Virus record (IMG/VR): IMGVR_UViG_3300045049_000270
DNA length: 64,000 nt
From: a virus
Lineage: Duplodnaviria; Heunggongvirae; Uroviricota; Caudoviricetes
Reading direction: 5' to 3' (one strand)
The notes under the pieces are model-generated. The model was not told the origin of the DNA and did not search any database. It saw only the letters and a list, made by a program, of their open reading frames with translations. Numbering within the stretch: the stretch's first letter is position 1; every line of letters starts with the position of its first letter. Position numbers and translations under genes: made by a program. This document shows, piece after piece, positions 42,793 to 52,024 of this stretch.

Positions 42793-43053
42793 ATGGAAAT
42801 TCAAAACGTTACCGAGCAGATCACCGAGAATGATCTGCTCGCGTTGTTTTTAACAGATGACGTTTGCTATCGATGGAGCAATGGACTGAAAACAGTCCAA
42901 GTAGTATTCGAACAAGGTGTCGGTCGTCAACACATATTTGGTTTCGTTATCAAAATTCATGATGATGGTATAATGACAAAGCGTGGTTTCTTTAAAGAAG
43001 AAGCAACCAAAGCAGTTGAATTTTTCAACAATAACATGACTTCTGTGAAATAA
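42793..43053 (+). CDS. hypothetical protein
   Basis: 86 aa. Confidence 0.6.
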   Translation: MEIQNVTEQITENDLLALFLTDDVCYRWSNGLKTVQVVFEQGVGRQHIFGFVIKIHDDGIMTKRGFFKEEATKAVEFFNNNMTSVK

Positions 43054-43133
43054 CCATTTTGCAATAATTGCAGTTGATTTGGCTTCTCATTATTCATATA
43101 ATGAATCGTCAAAACAGAAAAGTGAGAAACTAA

Positions 43134-43448
43134 ATGTACATGGTGTACTGGACTTATATGTTAGAGCAATATGGTAATGGCTGGTCCCCACAGCACAAAC
43201 ATTTCGGCTCCGATGAAATGTCGGCTGCTCTTAAGTTCATGGAAGATCTCCGCAAACAACAACGTGAAGATGGCAGCGTTGGCTTCGTCACGTTCGTGTC
43301 AGAAAATCCCAACAGTGTCGGTAAGCCTGGTGTTGACGAAACTGGAGCGGATTACAGTTGGACCAAACGTCGCTCAACTGCATTACGCAAAGACGTTCTA
43401 GACGAAGCTCGTGCCCAAGCAGATGACGAGGAGTTCGGCGACCAATAA
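43134..43448 (+). CDS. hypothetical protein
   Basis: 104 aa. Confidence 0.7.
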   Translation: MYMVYWTYMLEQYGNGWSPQHKHFGSDEMSAALKFMEDLRKQQREDGSVGFVTFVSENPNSVGKPGVDETGADYSWTKRRSTALRKDVLDEARAQADDEEFGDQ

Positions 43449-43469
43449 ATAACCATAAACAGGGAGTCG

Positions 43470-43715
43470 GTGATGGGTAAATGTGTTTATGGTTGTGGTG
43501 GAGAAGCCAACTTTTCATTGAAAAATGGCAAAGAATGCTGTTCAAAGCATCATAGTTCTTGTCCGGCGATTAAAAGAAAGATAATCGAAGGTAATCGTGT
43601 TGCGCATCAAGCTGGTATGAAAAAATACTACAAGTCAACACCAGTACAAGTGGACAAAGGTACGCTTGTTATGGAAGATATTTTCTGTTTTGAACCAAAA
43701 CAAGTAAACAATTGA
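43470..43715 (+). CDS. small Cys-rich protein (possible homing-endonuclease-associated zinc module)
   Basis: CxYGCG..CCxxxxxSCP. Confidence 0.5.
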   Translation: MMGKCVYGCGGEANFSLKNGKECCSKHHSSCPAIKRKIIEGNRVAHQAGMKKYYKSTPVQVDKGTLVMEDIFCFEPKQVNN

Positions 43716-43818
43716 TCATGCGATACACCGAAATTGCTTCAAAATCTCCGTAATGCTTGTGTTCTCCGTCATGTGAAGCTATAATGTGAAACATGGTAGA
43801 CACCGAAGGAGAACGTAA

Positions 43819-44031
43819 ATGAAGAAGCAAAAGCTGCAAGTTTCCGATCTTACATACTTGAAACATGTGAACGTGTTCTGTTCGTCGAAAGACCCCAGCT
43901 ACAGCATTTCCGCAGTCGTGACCAAAGTTGGTCATGACGACATCGAGTTTTACAATGCACGGAGCGGCGTTACAACGCACGTGATGCCCCAGTCAATTAA
44001 GCGTGGTTCAGTCGTTGTAACGGCTCGATAA
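43819..44031 (+). CDS. hypothetical protein
   Basis: AAGGAG SD. Confidence 0.6.
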   Translation: MKKQKLQVSDLTYLKHVNVFCSSKDPSYSISAVVTKVGHDDIEFYNARSGVTTHVMPQSIKRGSVVVTAR

Positions 44032-44098
44032 AGAGCTTGCTTTCCCAGCCATATGAAACTACCATATGAAACATGGTAAACATCAGGAGGGAACGCTA

Positions 44099-44422
44099 AT
44101 GATGCTCAGCACACCGCGCTTTTCGACCAAAGGTTTTACATTCGTACGTGAAACGGGTTCATTGGTAGAAGAAATCTCCACGCTCAGCCAAGGCGGAAAG
44201 ATCCAAGTCTGGGGTCAAGTTTACGACGATGCCGCTGACGAAGGCTTCACGCTTGTATCTCATCGTACTGGTGTAGAAGTTGTCTACTATCTCGACCACG
44301 AAGAGTACAGCGGACAGGGCGAAGATCGTGAAATAGCAGGTTGGCGGTTTTATCCTACGGAAGAAAGCAAGCGCCAATATCCGCAGTGTCGCAATACGTC
44401 AGTTCTTGTGATCAACGACTGA
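44099..44422 (+). CDS. hypothetical protein
   Basis: AGGAGG SD. Confidence 0.65.
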   Translation: MMLSTPRFSTKGFTFVRETGSLVEEISTLSQGGKIQVWGQVYDDAADEGFTLVSHRTGVEVVYYLDHEEYSGQGEDREIAGWRFYPTEESKRQYPQCRNTSVLVIND

Positions 44423-44449
44423 TATGTTGACACACCTGAAGGGAACAGT

Positions 44450-44692
44450 ATGAAAGCTGGTCACTTTACATTGATCGAAAACGGCAAAACGTTTTACGTC
44501 GAACAATCGAAGAACGCTTGGGCCATCTCTCACGGTCTTGAATACGATCTTCTCCTACAGAACGGCGAAGAACGTCGTGCATGTAAACTGCTGAAGACGG
44601 TTGCTTATGTGGCCGTTGATGAAAACACAGATGGTTCTCCAAAGTTGGAAAAGTGGCGAATTCGCGGTTGCAGTACCTACGAATTGTCGTAA
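44450..44692 (+). CDS. hypothetical protein
   Basis: 80 aa. Confidence 0.6.
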   Translation: MKAGHFTLIENGKTFYVEQSKNAWAISHGLEYDLLLQNGEERRACKLLKTVAYVAVDENTDGSPKLEKWRIRGCSTYELS

Positions 44693-44710
44693 AATAGAGT
44701 AAAGATCAAC

Positions 44711-44795
44711 GCGGGTGTGGTGTAATAGGTAGCCACAGCAGACTTAAAATCTGCCGCCTTTTGGCGTACGGGTTCGAGTCCCGTCACCCGCACCA
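44711..44795 (+). tRNA. tRNA-Leu(TAA)
   Basis: class II, CT-TAA-AA. Confidence 0.92.
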
Positions 44796-44878
44796 AAACA
44801 AAAAGAGCAAGGGGAATTCCCCTTGCTCTTTTTGCCATCTGAACTTAGAATTTGACATCTTGAAATACGAGGTGAACA

Positions 44879-45415
44879 ATGAAATCTGGTGTTTTCCAAT
44901 CTGGTTCGCAGCGTAATATCATCATTACCCAAGCAGGTATCGATCACATGGCCGCCCATCCGATCGAAGATCATCTGTTGCACGAGGCATTTCGTATGCT
45001 CGTGGTGCCGTACGTGGACACCAAATTCTGGAAGGGAACTGTTGATCTTGGTCGCATTATTGGCCATTCAGGGTGTGTTGCTGCCCCTGCTGTTGGGCTT
45101 GATGAGCAGGCTACCTTTGCGCATCGTGTCAATCGTAAGCGTGCGACTCGTTGCACAATTGCAGAGCCTCAGGAAACGTCGCTTGTCACTGTAGTATTGC
45201 GACGCGGCAAATATAGTGACTATTTCTTCGTTTCGGCATGGTGTGGCGATTCCGCACCAGCTGAGCCCAACCATGTAAATGATGCTGAGAACCTTGATTT
45301 CTGGTGCAAGAATGCTTTGATCTGGAACGACCAGAGCTTCATCGAAGAACCGTTCGAATCGACGTGGCGTGAAGTGTTGATGAAGAAGAAAAAGGTTGCC
45401 AACGAAGTTGAGTAG
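44879..45415 (+). CDS. hypothetical protein
   Basis: GAGGT SD, 178 aa. Confidence 0.75.
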   Translation: MKSGVFQSGSQRNIIITQAGIDHMAAHPIEDHLLHEAFRMLVVPYVDTKFWKGTVDLGRIIGHSGCVAAPAVGLDEQATFAHRVNRKRATRCTIAEPQETSLVTVVLRRGKYSDYFFVSAWCGDSAPAEPNHVNDAENLDFWCKNALIWNDQSFIEEPFESTWREVLMKKKKVANEVE

Positions 45416-45452
45416 CGCATAAATAAGTCTATAACTCAAAAGGATATAGACG

Positions 45453-46040
45453 ATGCGCTATACTGATCTGTTTGAACATTACGTCAATGCGTTTGACGAT
45501 GATTCCAAGACCAAGTACGCAGACCAAGTCTGGCATATAATGCAACTCAGTTACGAGAAAGTTGGCGGGTTTCATTCAGCTGCTAATGTTGAAGAATTGA
45601 TTGCAAAAACTGGTTTGTGGAAATTATGCGTACGAAACGGTCACGTATTCGCAGCCATGGTGTATAAAGACCAGCACGGTCGAAAGAGTATTGCTAGTGG
45701 TACAGATGGTTCAAGCCAGGGCAAGCGCGATTATCTTAGAATGAAAGATGAAGATGTCACACGTGAGCGTTCATGGGCTGAAGTAAGTGGTCCGGTTGAG
45801 TTGATATTGAAGAGAGCAGGCGCTCAGCCAGTACCAAATACACTGGCAGCAGCACTGACTGGTAAAGAAATCCTCGAACTTGATCCAGACGGTTATCACT
45901 ATGAACGCATGATCTCGGGCCATCGTCACAAAAAGATGATCTACGGTTTTGTCAACATGGATAAGCGGACTGCTGACTTCCTTGCTTCTCAAGGCGTTGA
46001 ATTGAGTGAGCTGCCACCAAACGTAAAGTTAAGTAAGTAA
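45453..46040 (+). CDS. hypothetical protein
   Basis: 195 aa; TAAATA upstream. Confidence 0.75.
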   Translation: MRYTDLFEHYVNAFDDDSKTKYADQVWHIMQLSYEKVGGFHSAANVEELIAKTGLWKLCVRNGHVFAAMVYKDQHGRKSIASGTDGSSQGKRDYLRMKDEDVTRERSWAEVSGPVELILKRAGAQPVPNTLAAALTGKEILELDPDGYHYERMISGHRHKKMIYGFVNMDKRTADFLASQGVELSELPPNVKLSK

Positions 46041-46102
46041 TCGTTTGACGGCTACCTGTATTCTTCATATAATGAAGCTGTGAGGAATATGACGGAGTCG
46101 AA

Positions 46103-46666
46103 ATGAAAATCATCTATTTGCACGGTTTCGGGAGTTCTGGTAAGAGCACAAAGTCTGATGCACTAAAAGCCGTGTTTGGTGATGATCATGTTGAAGCTCC
46201 CAACCTCCCCATCAATCCCCGCTCTGTTGTTGAGATGGTCCAATCGATCATCAAAAATAACAAAGACGAACCCATCGTGTTTGTTGGCACGAGTCTCGGT
46301 GGTTTCTACGCTCATTACTTTTCCACCAAGTTTGATGCACCATGCGTTCTTGTTAATCCGAGTACTGAGCCGCATATCACGATGCGAGAACGATTGGGAA
46401 AGAGCAAGAACTATGCAACGGGTGAAGACTTCTGGGTTACTGAAGATTTCATCGATGAGTGGGAAGCAATGGAGACCGAAATTGCGTTCAACCAAAATGG
46501 TGCAAACATCCATCTTTTTCTAGCTGCTGACGATGATGTTTTGAATCCAGAAGTTGCACGCAAGAATATCCCTTATATCAAGTCCCTCACCGTAACGGAA
46601 GACGGTGGTCACCGCTATGATCTGCACTGGGACAAGGTGATCGAAGCGATCAAGACAATTGCTTGA
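46103..46666 (+). CDS. YqiA/UPF0227-type alpha/beta hydrolase (esterase)
   Basis: IIYLHGFGSS, GTSLGG nucleophile elbow, LVNP, DDVL, GGH. Confidence 0.9.
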   Translation: MKIIYLHGFGSSGKSTKSDALKAVFGDDHVEAPNLPINPRSVVEMVQSIIKNNKDEPIVFVGTSLGGFYAHYFSTKFDAPCVLVNPSTEPHITMRERLGKSKNYATGEDFWVTEDFIDEWEAMETEIAFNQNGANIHLFLAADDDVLNPEVARKNIPYIKSLTVTEDGGHRYDLHWDKVIEAIKTIA

Positions 46667-46719
46667 TTGTGAAACTACCTGAATTTACCATATGAACCTG
46701 GTGGACAAGGGAGGTCGAC

Positions 46720-46989
46720 ATGACAACAGTTTCGGCACATTCACTTTATATCGTCGTCACCTATATCCGTTATAGCGGAATTTCAGGTGATCTGGATAAC
46801 TTGTATGATGACAAAGAAGAAGCACAACGAATGGCGGACAAAATGTCGAGGCCCGATCGCAATTTGCCGAACTTGGGTTCGCTCAAATATTCTGTGATGA
46901 CCCTTGATGATTACATAGATGAAGTTAAGAGTGAAGCCTGTTCTGACGGTAGACAAGATGAGCGTGATAGCCAGTCAGGTAACTGGTAA
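46720..46989 (+). CDS. hypothetical protein
   Basis: GGAGG SD. Confidence 0.65.
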   Translation: MTTVSAHSLYIVVTYIRYSGISGDLDNLYDDKEEAQRMADKMSRPDRNLPNLGSLKYSVMTLDDYIDEVKSEACSDGRQDERDSQSGNW

Positions 46990-47056
46990 CCAATTACAAA
47001 AAGTTGCGGAAAGAGTGCTATAATCTGGCACTCTTTCACCATTCAGAGCGATAACA

Positions 47057-47494
47057 ATGATCAAAAAAGCTATTCATCGCGCTTACCAAACCATGCGCTC
47101 GCGCAATTGGGACACAATTTACTGGGCAATTGACCTGCACGGTGTTTGCCTAAAGTCAAACTACGATAACGGTGGCTATACATTCATTAATCAAACCGTA
47201 GTTGATGGGCTTCAAGCAATAACAGCTCGCAAAGAGAGCAAGATCATTCTGTGGTCGTCCTGTCACGACCACGAGAAAACAGCTATTGTTGATTTCTTTG
47301 GACAACATGGCATCATGGTCCATTATTTCAACGAGAATCCTGACGAGAAGAATACAAAAACCGGTTGCTTCGACCAGAAGTTTTACTTCAGCATTCTGCT
47401 TGATGACAAAGCTGGGTTCGACCCCGACGTCGATTGGTTTGAAGTAATCGATGCACTTGAAATCGAATCACCAGTTAACGTGGTTGAGTTGTAA
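47057..47494 (+). CDS. HAD-like phosphatase
   Basis: WAIDLHG motif I-like, ILWS, LLDDKAG motif IV. Confidence 0.65.
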   Translation: MIKKAIHRAYQTMRSRNWDTIYWAIDLHGVCLKSNYDNGGYTFINQTVVDGLQAITARKESKIILWSSCHDHEKTAIVDFFGQHGIMVHYFNENPDEKNTKTGCFDQKFYFSILLDDKAGFDPDVDWFEVIDALEIESPVNVVEL

Positions 47495-47590
47495 GAACAC
47501 GGCTCAGCCTTCATCTGTCTAGATTTTGCTTGATTCTTGGTTCATATGAACGTAATATACGAACATGGTGAACAACAAAGGAGAAAGCGA

Positions 47591-48136
47591 ATGAAGCAAG
47601 ATGCTTGGCAAGTACGTGATGCGTTGAAAGCGCAGTACAAGAAGAACAAGCAATTTGTTGCGAATATCTTCAATGATGTTCGCCTTACCGATATTAAAGC
47701 ACTCATCGTCGAACTTGGTTTGACTGAGGATGAAGAACTTGGTGGTAATGAGTTTAGCATCGAAATGAACAAAACGTGGGCCTGGTCGGTTTACAAAAGC
47801 AATGTTGGTGCGATTCACTTGCTTGACTTGCACGGTGTCAACGCTGAAATTACTGTCATGTCCAATACAAAGGACTTGATTGAATTGCTGTATACGCAGC
47901 TGGTCGAACGTGGCATGATTAAAACGATTGAAGAAAAGCGTGAGGCTCGGGCAGAAAAAGCCGCAAAGCGTATGGCAGCACTTGAGAAGAAGGGCCTCAA
48001 GATTGGCTCTGAAGTTGCATGGTCAAATGGTAATGCGGTAATTGAAAGCATTAGCCCCGCAGGTGTTGTTACGCTGCGTCTGCAAGATGGAACGCCGGAA
48101 AAAACGAAACCGCACTTTTTGAAAGCCGCAAAGTAA
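47591..48136 (+). CDS. hypothetical protein
   Basis: AAGGAG SD after the promoter motif. Confidence 0.7.
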   Translation: MKQDAWQVRDALKAQYKKNKQFVANIFNDVRLTDIKALIVELGLTEDEELGGNEFSIEMNKTWAWSVYKSNVGAIHLLDLHGVNAEITVMSNTKDLIELLYTQLVERGMIKTIEEKREARAEKAAKRMAALEKKGLKIGSEVAWSNGNAVIESISPAGVVTLRLQDGTPEKTKPHFLKAAK

Positions 48137-48243
48137 GCTGAAAATGCTTTGAAATGAAGGGCCTACAGTGTAGGCCCTTCATTCACGTGTAAATCAACCG
48201 TTTTGTGCTACCATATGAATAGGTGAACAAATAGGAGGTGCAA

Positions 48244-48378
48244 GTGAAAGAAGTTCCTGGCGTGTGGTTTATGGAATGGAATAGTAGCTATGGTAATTCT
48301 GAGCTTCGCATCTATATTGATGATGAAGAAAAATACGAAGCTTTCAAAGTAGCAAACGAAAACACCAATCTTGCTTGA
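48244..48378 (+). CDS. small hypothetical protein
   Basis: AGGAGG SD, GTG start, 44 aa. Confidence 0.5.
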   Translation: MKEVPGVWFMEWNSSYGNSELRIYIDDEEKYEAFKVANENTNLA

Positions 48379-48420
48379 CATAAGTTGCCAAAGCTGTAGA
48401 ATTGGCAATTAACTTGTTAT

Positions 48421-48514
48421 GCCCAGGTGGTCGAGAGGTCAAAGGCAACGGCCTGCAAAGCCGCAAAGCCGCAAAGCCGCAAAGTCGGGGGTTCGAATCC
48501 CTCTCTGGGCTCCA
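48421..48514 (+). tRNA. tRNA-Cys(GCA) with an 8-nt tandem repeat expansion
   Basis: (GCAAAGCC)x3 plus GCAAAGTC at 48455-48486. Confidence 0.8.
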
Positions 48515-48529
48515 AAATTTGAGAATATC

Positions 48530-48700
48530 GTGAACCAAGTCGTAGGAAACGTTATATACGTGCCGATTGAGCTTGATGATAAGCTGCGCGAAGAAGCAGC
48601 AAAGTTAAACATCAAGCATACTGACTTGATATTAAAGTATTTGAAACTTGGTATGAAAACGTCAGCCAAGCAAAAACAAAAAGAAAAAGGCAAAAAATGA
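48530..48700 (+). CDS. small hypothetical protein
   Basis: GTG start inferred; the track ORF overlaps the tRNA. Confidence 0.45.
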   Translation: MNQVVGNVIYVPIELDDKLREEAAKLNIKHTDLILKYLKLGMKTSAKQKQKEKGKK

Positions 48701-49092
48701 AGGTTGGGTTTTCTTTTGGTCGTTGTATTCGCGATATCGTGAATGGTGAAGTTGACATAAAAGATGTTGCAGTGATCATCGCCCGTACTCGTATGGAAGA
48801 TGATAATGCCATTTTAGATGTAGTGGCCGAATATATGTATACACCTGGTTACCTTTTAGGTCTCGACGTAGACAAATGTAATGAAGTTGCGCTTCAACTT
48901 CAGCATGATGGCAAGTTGCATCAGCCACGCAATTTTGGTAAGTATCCAGTACGCATTCGCGAAGAACATGTATGGATGGATTTGGTACCCACCAACATAA
49001 ATGACAATGAGACGGTCAAATCAGCTTGGGAACAGTACCAAATTGCGTTGAGGCTAACGGATGTTCTCCCACAACCGCCAGAGGTACTATGA
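48697..49092 (+). CDS. conserved phage hypothetical protein
   Basis: MKVGFSFGRCIRDIVNGEV; ATGA overlap. Confidence 0.75.
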   Translation: MKVGFSFGRCIRDIVNGEVDIKDVAVIIARTRMEDDNAILDVVAEYMYTPGYLLGLDVDKCNEVALQLQHDGKLHQPRNFGKYPVRIREEHVWMDLVPTNINDNETVKSAWEQYQIALRLTDVLPQPPEVL

Positions 49093-49364
49093 CGCTCTTT
49101 TCCGGCCGCACAGCTTTTAAGATGAAAGACGAGAAAGGAATGCCACTCGATCTTATTGTTGAAATGGTCCGAGACCGTGGTATGGCAATCGATTGGATAG
49201 ATTTCATAGAGACGGCACGTAAGTCGAAGTGGTGGGATTTCCAGACAATTGAGCAGATGGAACACGCATTGATCGATGCTGGTTGTGATGACGAATATCG
49301 CACTGCTGTTATTCAGCGTGCCAAGTTGTATATTTTGAACCATCCGCACCCGGGGATGAAGTAA
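49089..49364 (+). CDS. small protein resembling the AlaRS helical tRNA-recognition segment
   Basis: SGRTAFKMKDEKGMPLDLIVEMVRDRGMAIDWIDF resembles the AlaRS GxxAFxLYDTYGFPxDL motif. Confidence 0.6.
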   Translation: MTLFSGRTAFKMKDEKGMPLDLIVEMVRDRGMAIDWIDFIETARKSKWWDFQTIEQMEHALIDAGCDDEYRTAVIQRAKLYILNHPHPGMK

Positions 49365-49365
49365 A

Positions 49366-49665
49366 ATGACGAATTTAAAAGTATTCATTAGTTTTCTCTG
49401 CGTTATGTCATTGTTTGGTTGCGTCCGGCAAAATGCACCAGTAAAAACAAATGAAGAGCTGAACGAAACAACCACGTTCTTGAAACTTGGTACCAATTCT
49501 GATGGTTGTACTGTGACAAAATTCATACATTTATATCTGAATGGGACACGGTACGAAGAAGGGTATTACACCTATTGTAAATCTGATTCACAACCAGTAA
49601 CATCCTTTGTTGAAGGATGTGGTAGAAACTGTAGACGAACGGTTGATGTGAAGACAAGCGAATGA
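49366..49665 (+). CDS. lipoprotein
   Basis: lipobox LFGC. Confidence 0.6.
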   Translation: MTNLKVFISFLCVMSLFGCVRQNAPVKTNEELNETTTFLKLGTNSDGCTVTKFIHLYLNGTRYEEGYYTYCKSDSQPVTSFVEGCGRNCRRTVDVKTSE

Positions 49666-49895
49666 GTTTATTTTCCGAATTAGGTGCATGGCGCTTTAAG
49701 GTTGAGCGACTGAAACGTATTGAAAATGGTACTGCTTCTCAATACGATTTGGAGTGGTATGAACTAGAACAACGAGAGTGGGAAAGAACAAACCAAGCCA
49801 TATATGAAGATATGGGCAAAACTGCCGCAATCGCGTTTGGAGTTTTCTTTTCCTTCTTTATTGTGATACTAGCGATTGCTATTTTCGTAAAATAA
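49662..49895 (+). CDS. small membrane protein
   Basis: C-terminal TM helix. Confidence 0.6.
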   Translation: MSLFSELGAWRFKVERLKRIENGTASQYDLEWYELEQREWERTNQAIYEDMGKTAAIAFGVFFSFFIVILAIAIFVK

Positions 49896-50089
49896 TGGTA
49901 CCTGAAATAATTGACATTCATTGGTGTGTTCATCCAACAACTGGTGAAGGCCAGGTGAGGAGATACCATAGATATCTTTGTTCTAGATGTAGGTTGAGTG
50001 ATAAGCGTGTATTTGGTCTTTGTATTCCTGAAGATCAATATGAAACCACTAAGCAACGGTTAGAAGCAAGCGAGGGTAAAAATGGTTGA
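49895..50089 (+). CDS. small hypothetical protein
   Basis: TAATG overlap. Confidence 0.5.
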   Translation: MVPEIIDIHWCVHPTTGEGQVRRYHRYLCSRCRLSDKRVFGLCIPEDQYETTKQRLEASEGKNG

Positions 50090-50282
50090 ATTGACTGGTG
50101 ATAGCAAGCGCGATAACCAAATTATTGGTTTAACTCGTCGTAGTGAGTGGTGGATCATCGAACAATATCTTGAGAAAATTGTTAAAAGTTCAGACCAGTA
50201 CGCTGTTGGTGCTCCAGAAGAGCTTGAAACGATTGAACGAGTAAAGCAATTGCTTTCAAAGATCAAAATCGAACAAAACTGA
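50082..50282 (+). CDS. small hypothetical protein
   Basis: GAGG SD. Confidence 0.6.
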   Translation: MVELTGDSKRDNQIIGLTRRSEWWIIEQYLEKIVKSSDQYAVGAPEELETIERVKQLLSKIKIEQN

Positions 50283-50288
50283 TTTATT

Positions 50289-50410
50289 GTCGGGGTAGCC
50301 CAATAGGTAGAGGCCATGGCCAGAAAGCCATGTGTGCGTATTCTAGACAACGCAGACCCACCAAAGGCCACGGTGGTGAAGTGCGGGTTCGACTCCCGCC
50401 CCCGGCACCA
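50289..50410 (+). ncRNA. tRNA-like RNA with non-canonical anticodon loop and two-hairpin variable region
   Basis: acceptor, D arm, T arm, CCA; CATGGC-CAGAAA-GCCATG. Confidence 0.7.
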
Positions 50411-50417
50411 TACAAAA

Positions 50418-50642
50418 ATGAAAAAATATAAAATTGTTGAAGTCGAAAAGGATGTTTTTCATTTGTACTGGAAAACTCGGTTTTTCTGGCATGCCGTATG
50501 TTACTATAAAACCGAACCCATGTCTTTCTATGAAAAAGAATTCGCGGAAAGTCATATGCTTAAAATGATGGCAAAAGATGAACGCGAGCGTCAGCTTGAC
50601 GAAGAACGTAAGAGATTCAAACCAAAGACTTGGTATTATTGA
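50418..50642 (+). CDS. hypothetical protein
   Basis: ATG 50418. Confidence 0.6.
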   Translation: MKKYKIVEVEKDVFHLYWKTRFFWHAVCYYKTEPMSFYEKEFAESHMLKMMAKDERERQLDEERKRFKPKTWYY

Positions 50643-50683
50643 ACCGAATGATCGATTGTCTCGAAAGAGATAATCGACTTTAT

Positions 50684-50757
50684 GGTTGGGGTAACTCAAT
50701 GTAGAGTTCTGTGAAGTCGACCACAGAAGGTTGTGGGTGCAAATCCCACCCCTAACC
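50684..50757 (+). pseudogene. degenerate tRNA (His-like G-1/C73, 8-nt loop, no CCA)
   Basis: CTGTG-AAGTCGAC-CACAG arm; T loop TGCAAAT. Confidence 0.55.
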
Positions 50758-50962
50758 CGCTAATATAGCCCTGCCATGTCGGCAGGGCTTCATGCCATCT
50801 GATTTTGCTGTTCGTGTAACAGTAAATAACAATTACAAAATTGAGACAAAACCAACTTTTCCTTATTCTAGAAGTTGGCAAGAAAACCTATTAAAACAAG
50901 TAGTTAATTCATAAATAGGTTTGAGACAGTTCGTCTTGTCAACTCCATCCCAGGAAAAGAAA

Positions 50963-51934
50963 ATGTCACATCGTAATCAACCAGTTTCTCAAGGACATAA
51001 CGGGCGCACACTTTATGTCATCGCTGTTATCAGCAATCCAGTGCGATACGACAGTCGTTATCGGCTATACAAAGAATTTGAAGAACGCATGCTTCAAACT
51101 CCTAACATAAAATTAATAGTCGTAGAGCACGCTTTCGGTGATCGACCATTCGAAATCACTGATGTCAATAATCCAGATCACGTTCAACTGCGCGGTGGTC
51201 CAGAATATGAATTGTGGTTGAAGGAACCAATGATCAACCGCGGATTCAAGCATCTGTACGAAAAGTACCCAGATTGGCAATACGCCGCATGGATCGATGC
51301 TGATGTTGAGTTTACTCGTTCTGACTGGGCTGAAGAAACTCTCGAAGCGTTGCAACATTATAAGGTTGTTCAGCCATGGAGCCACTCTTTGGACCTCGGT
51401 CCTAACCACGAAATCGTTGGCAAGCCAGCACGCTCATTCCTGTCATGCTATGTTGAAGGTATTCCACCATCGTCACAATATGGTGGTGAATACTGGCACG
51501 CTGGCTACGCATGGGCAATTCGTCGTGACGCAATGGATGGTATCAAGAAACTCATCGATTGGTGTCCCATGGGCGCCGGGGATCACCACATGGCTTGGGG
51601 ATTTGTCGGTGACATTTGGAGCGGCGTACACGGTCAAATGGGTATCGGCTACCGCACAATGGCAGCTGAATTCCAATCACTTTGTGATAAGCACATTCAG
51701 AAGGATGTAGGCTATGTTCCGGGTACATTGATGCATCACTGGCATGGCAGCAAGAAGAAGAGATTTTACGTAGAACGATGGAGCACTCTTGTTGAAACTA
51801 AGTTCGACCCACGCGCTGACATTGCATTTGACAAGGATGGTATGCCATTCCTGGTTGGCAATAAGCCAGAACTGCGTGACGCTCTAAGAAAATATTTTCG
51901 CAGTCGCAACGAGGATGGGATCGATCTGGACTAA
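50963..51934 (+). CDS. glycosyltransferase-like (GT-A fold)
   Basis: AAWIDADVEF DxD motif, HHWHG. Confidence 0.65.
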   Translation: MSHRNQPVSQGHNGRTLYVIAVISNPVRYDSRYRLYKEFEERMLQTPNIKLIVVEHAFGDRPFEITDVNNPDHVQLRGGPEYELWLKEPMINRGFKHLYEKYPDWQYAAWIDADVEFTRSDWAEETLEALQHYKVVQPWSHSLDLGPNHEIVGKPARSFLSCYVEGIPPSSQYGGEYWHAGYAWAIRRDAMDGIKKLIDWCPMGAGDHHMAWGFVGDIWSGVHGQMGIGYRTMAAEFQSLCDKHIQKDVGYVPGTLMHHWHGSKKKRFYVERWSTLVETKFDPRADIAFDKDGMPFLVGNKPELRDALRKYFRSRNEDGIDLD

Positions 51935-52024
51935 TAAGTCGAGATTAATTTAGATTAATGTCTGTAAAGAAGCCACCCTTGGGTGGCTTCTTTACCATAT
52001 AAATATTATTTTCAGAGAACCATT

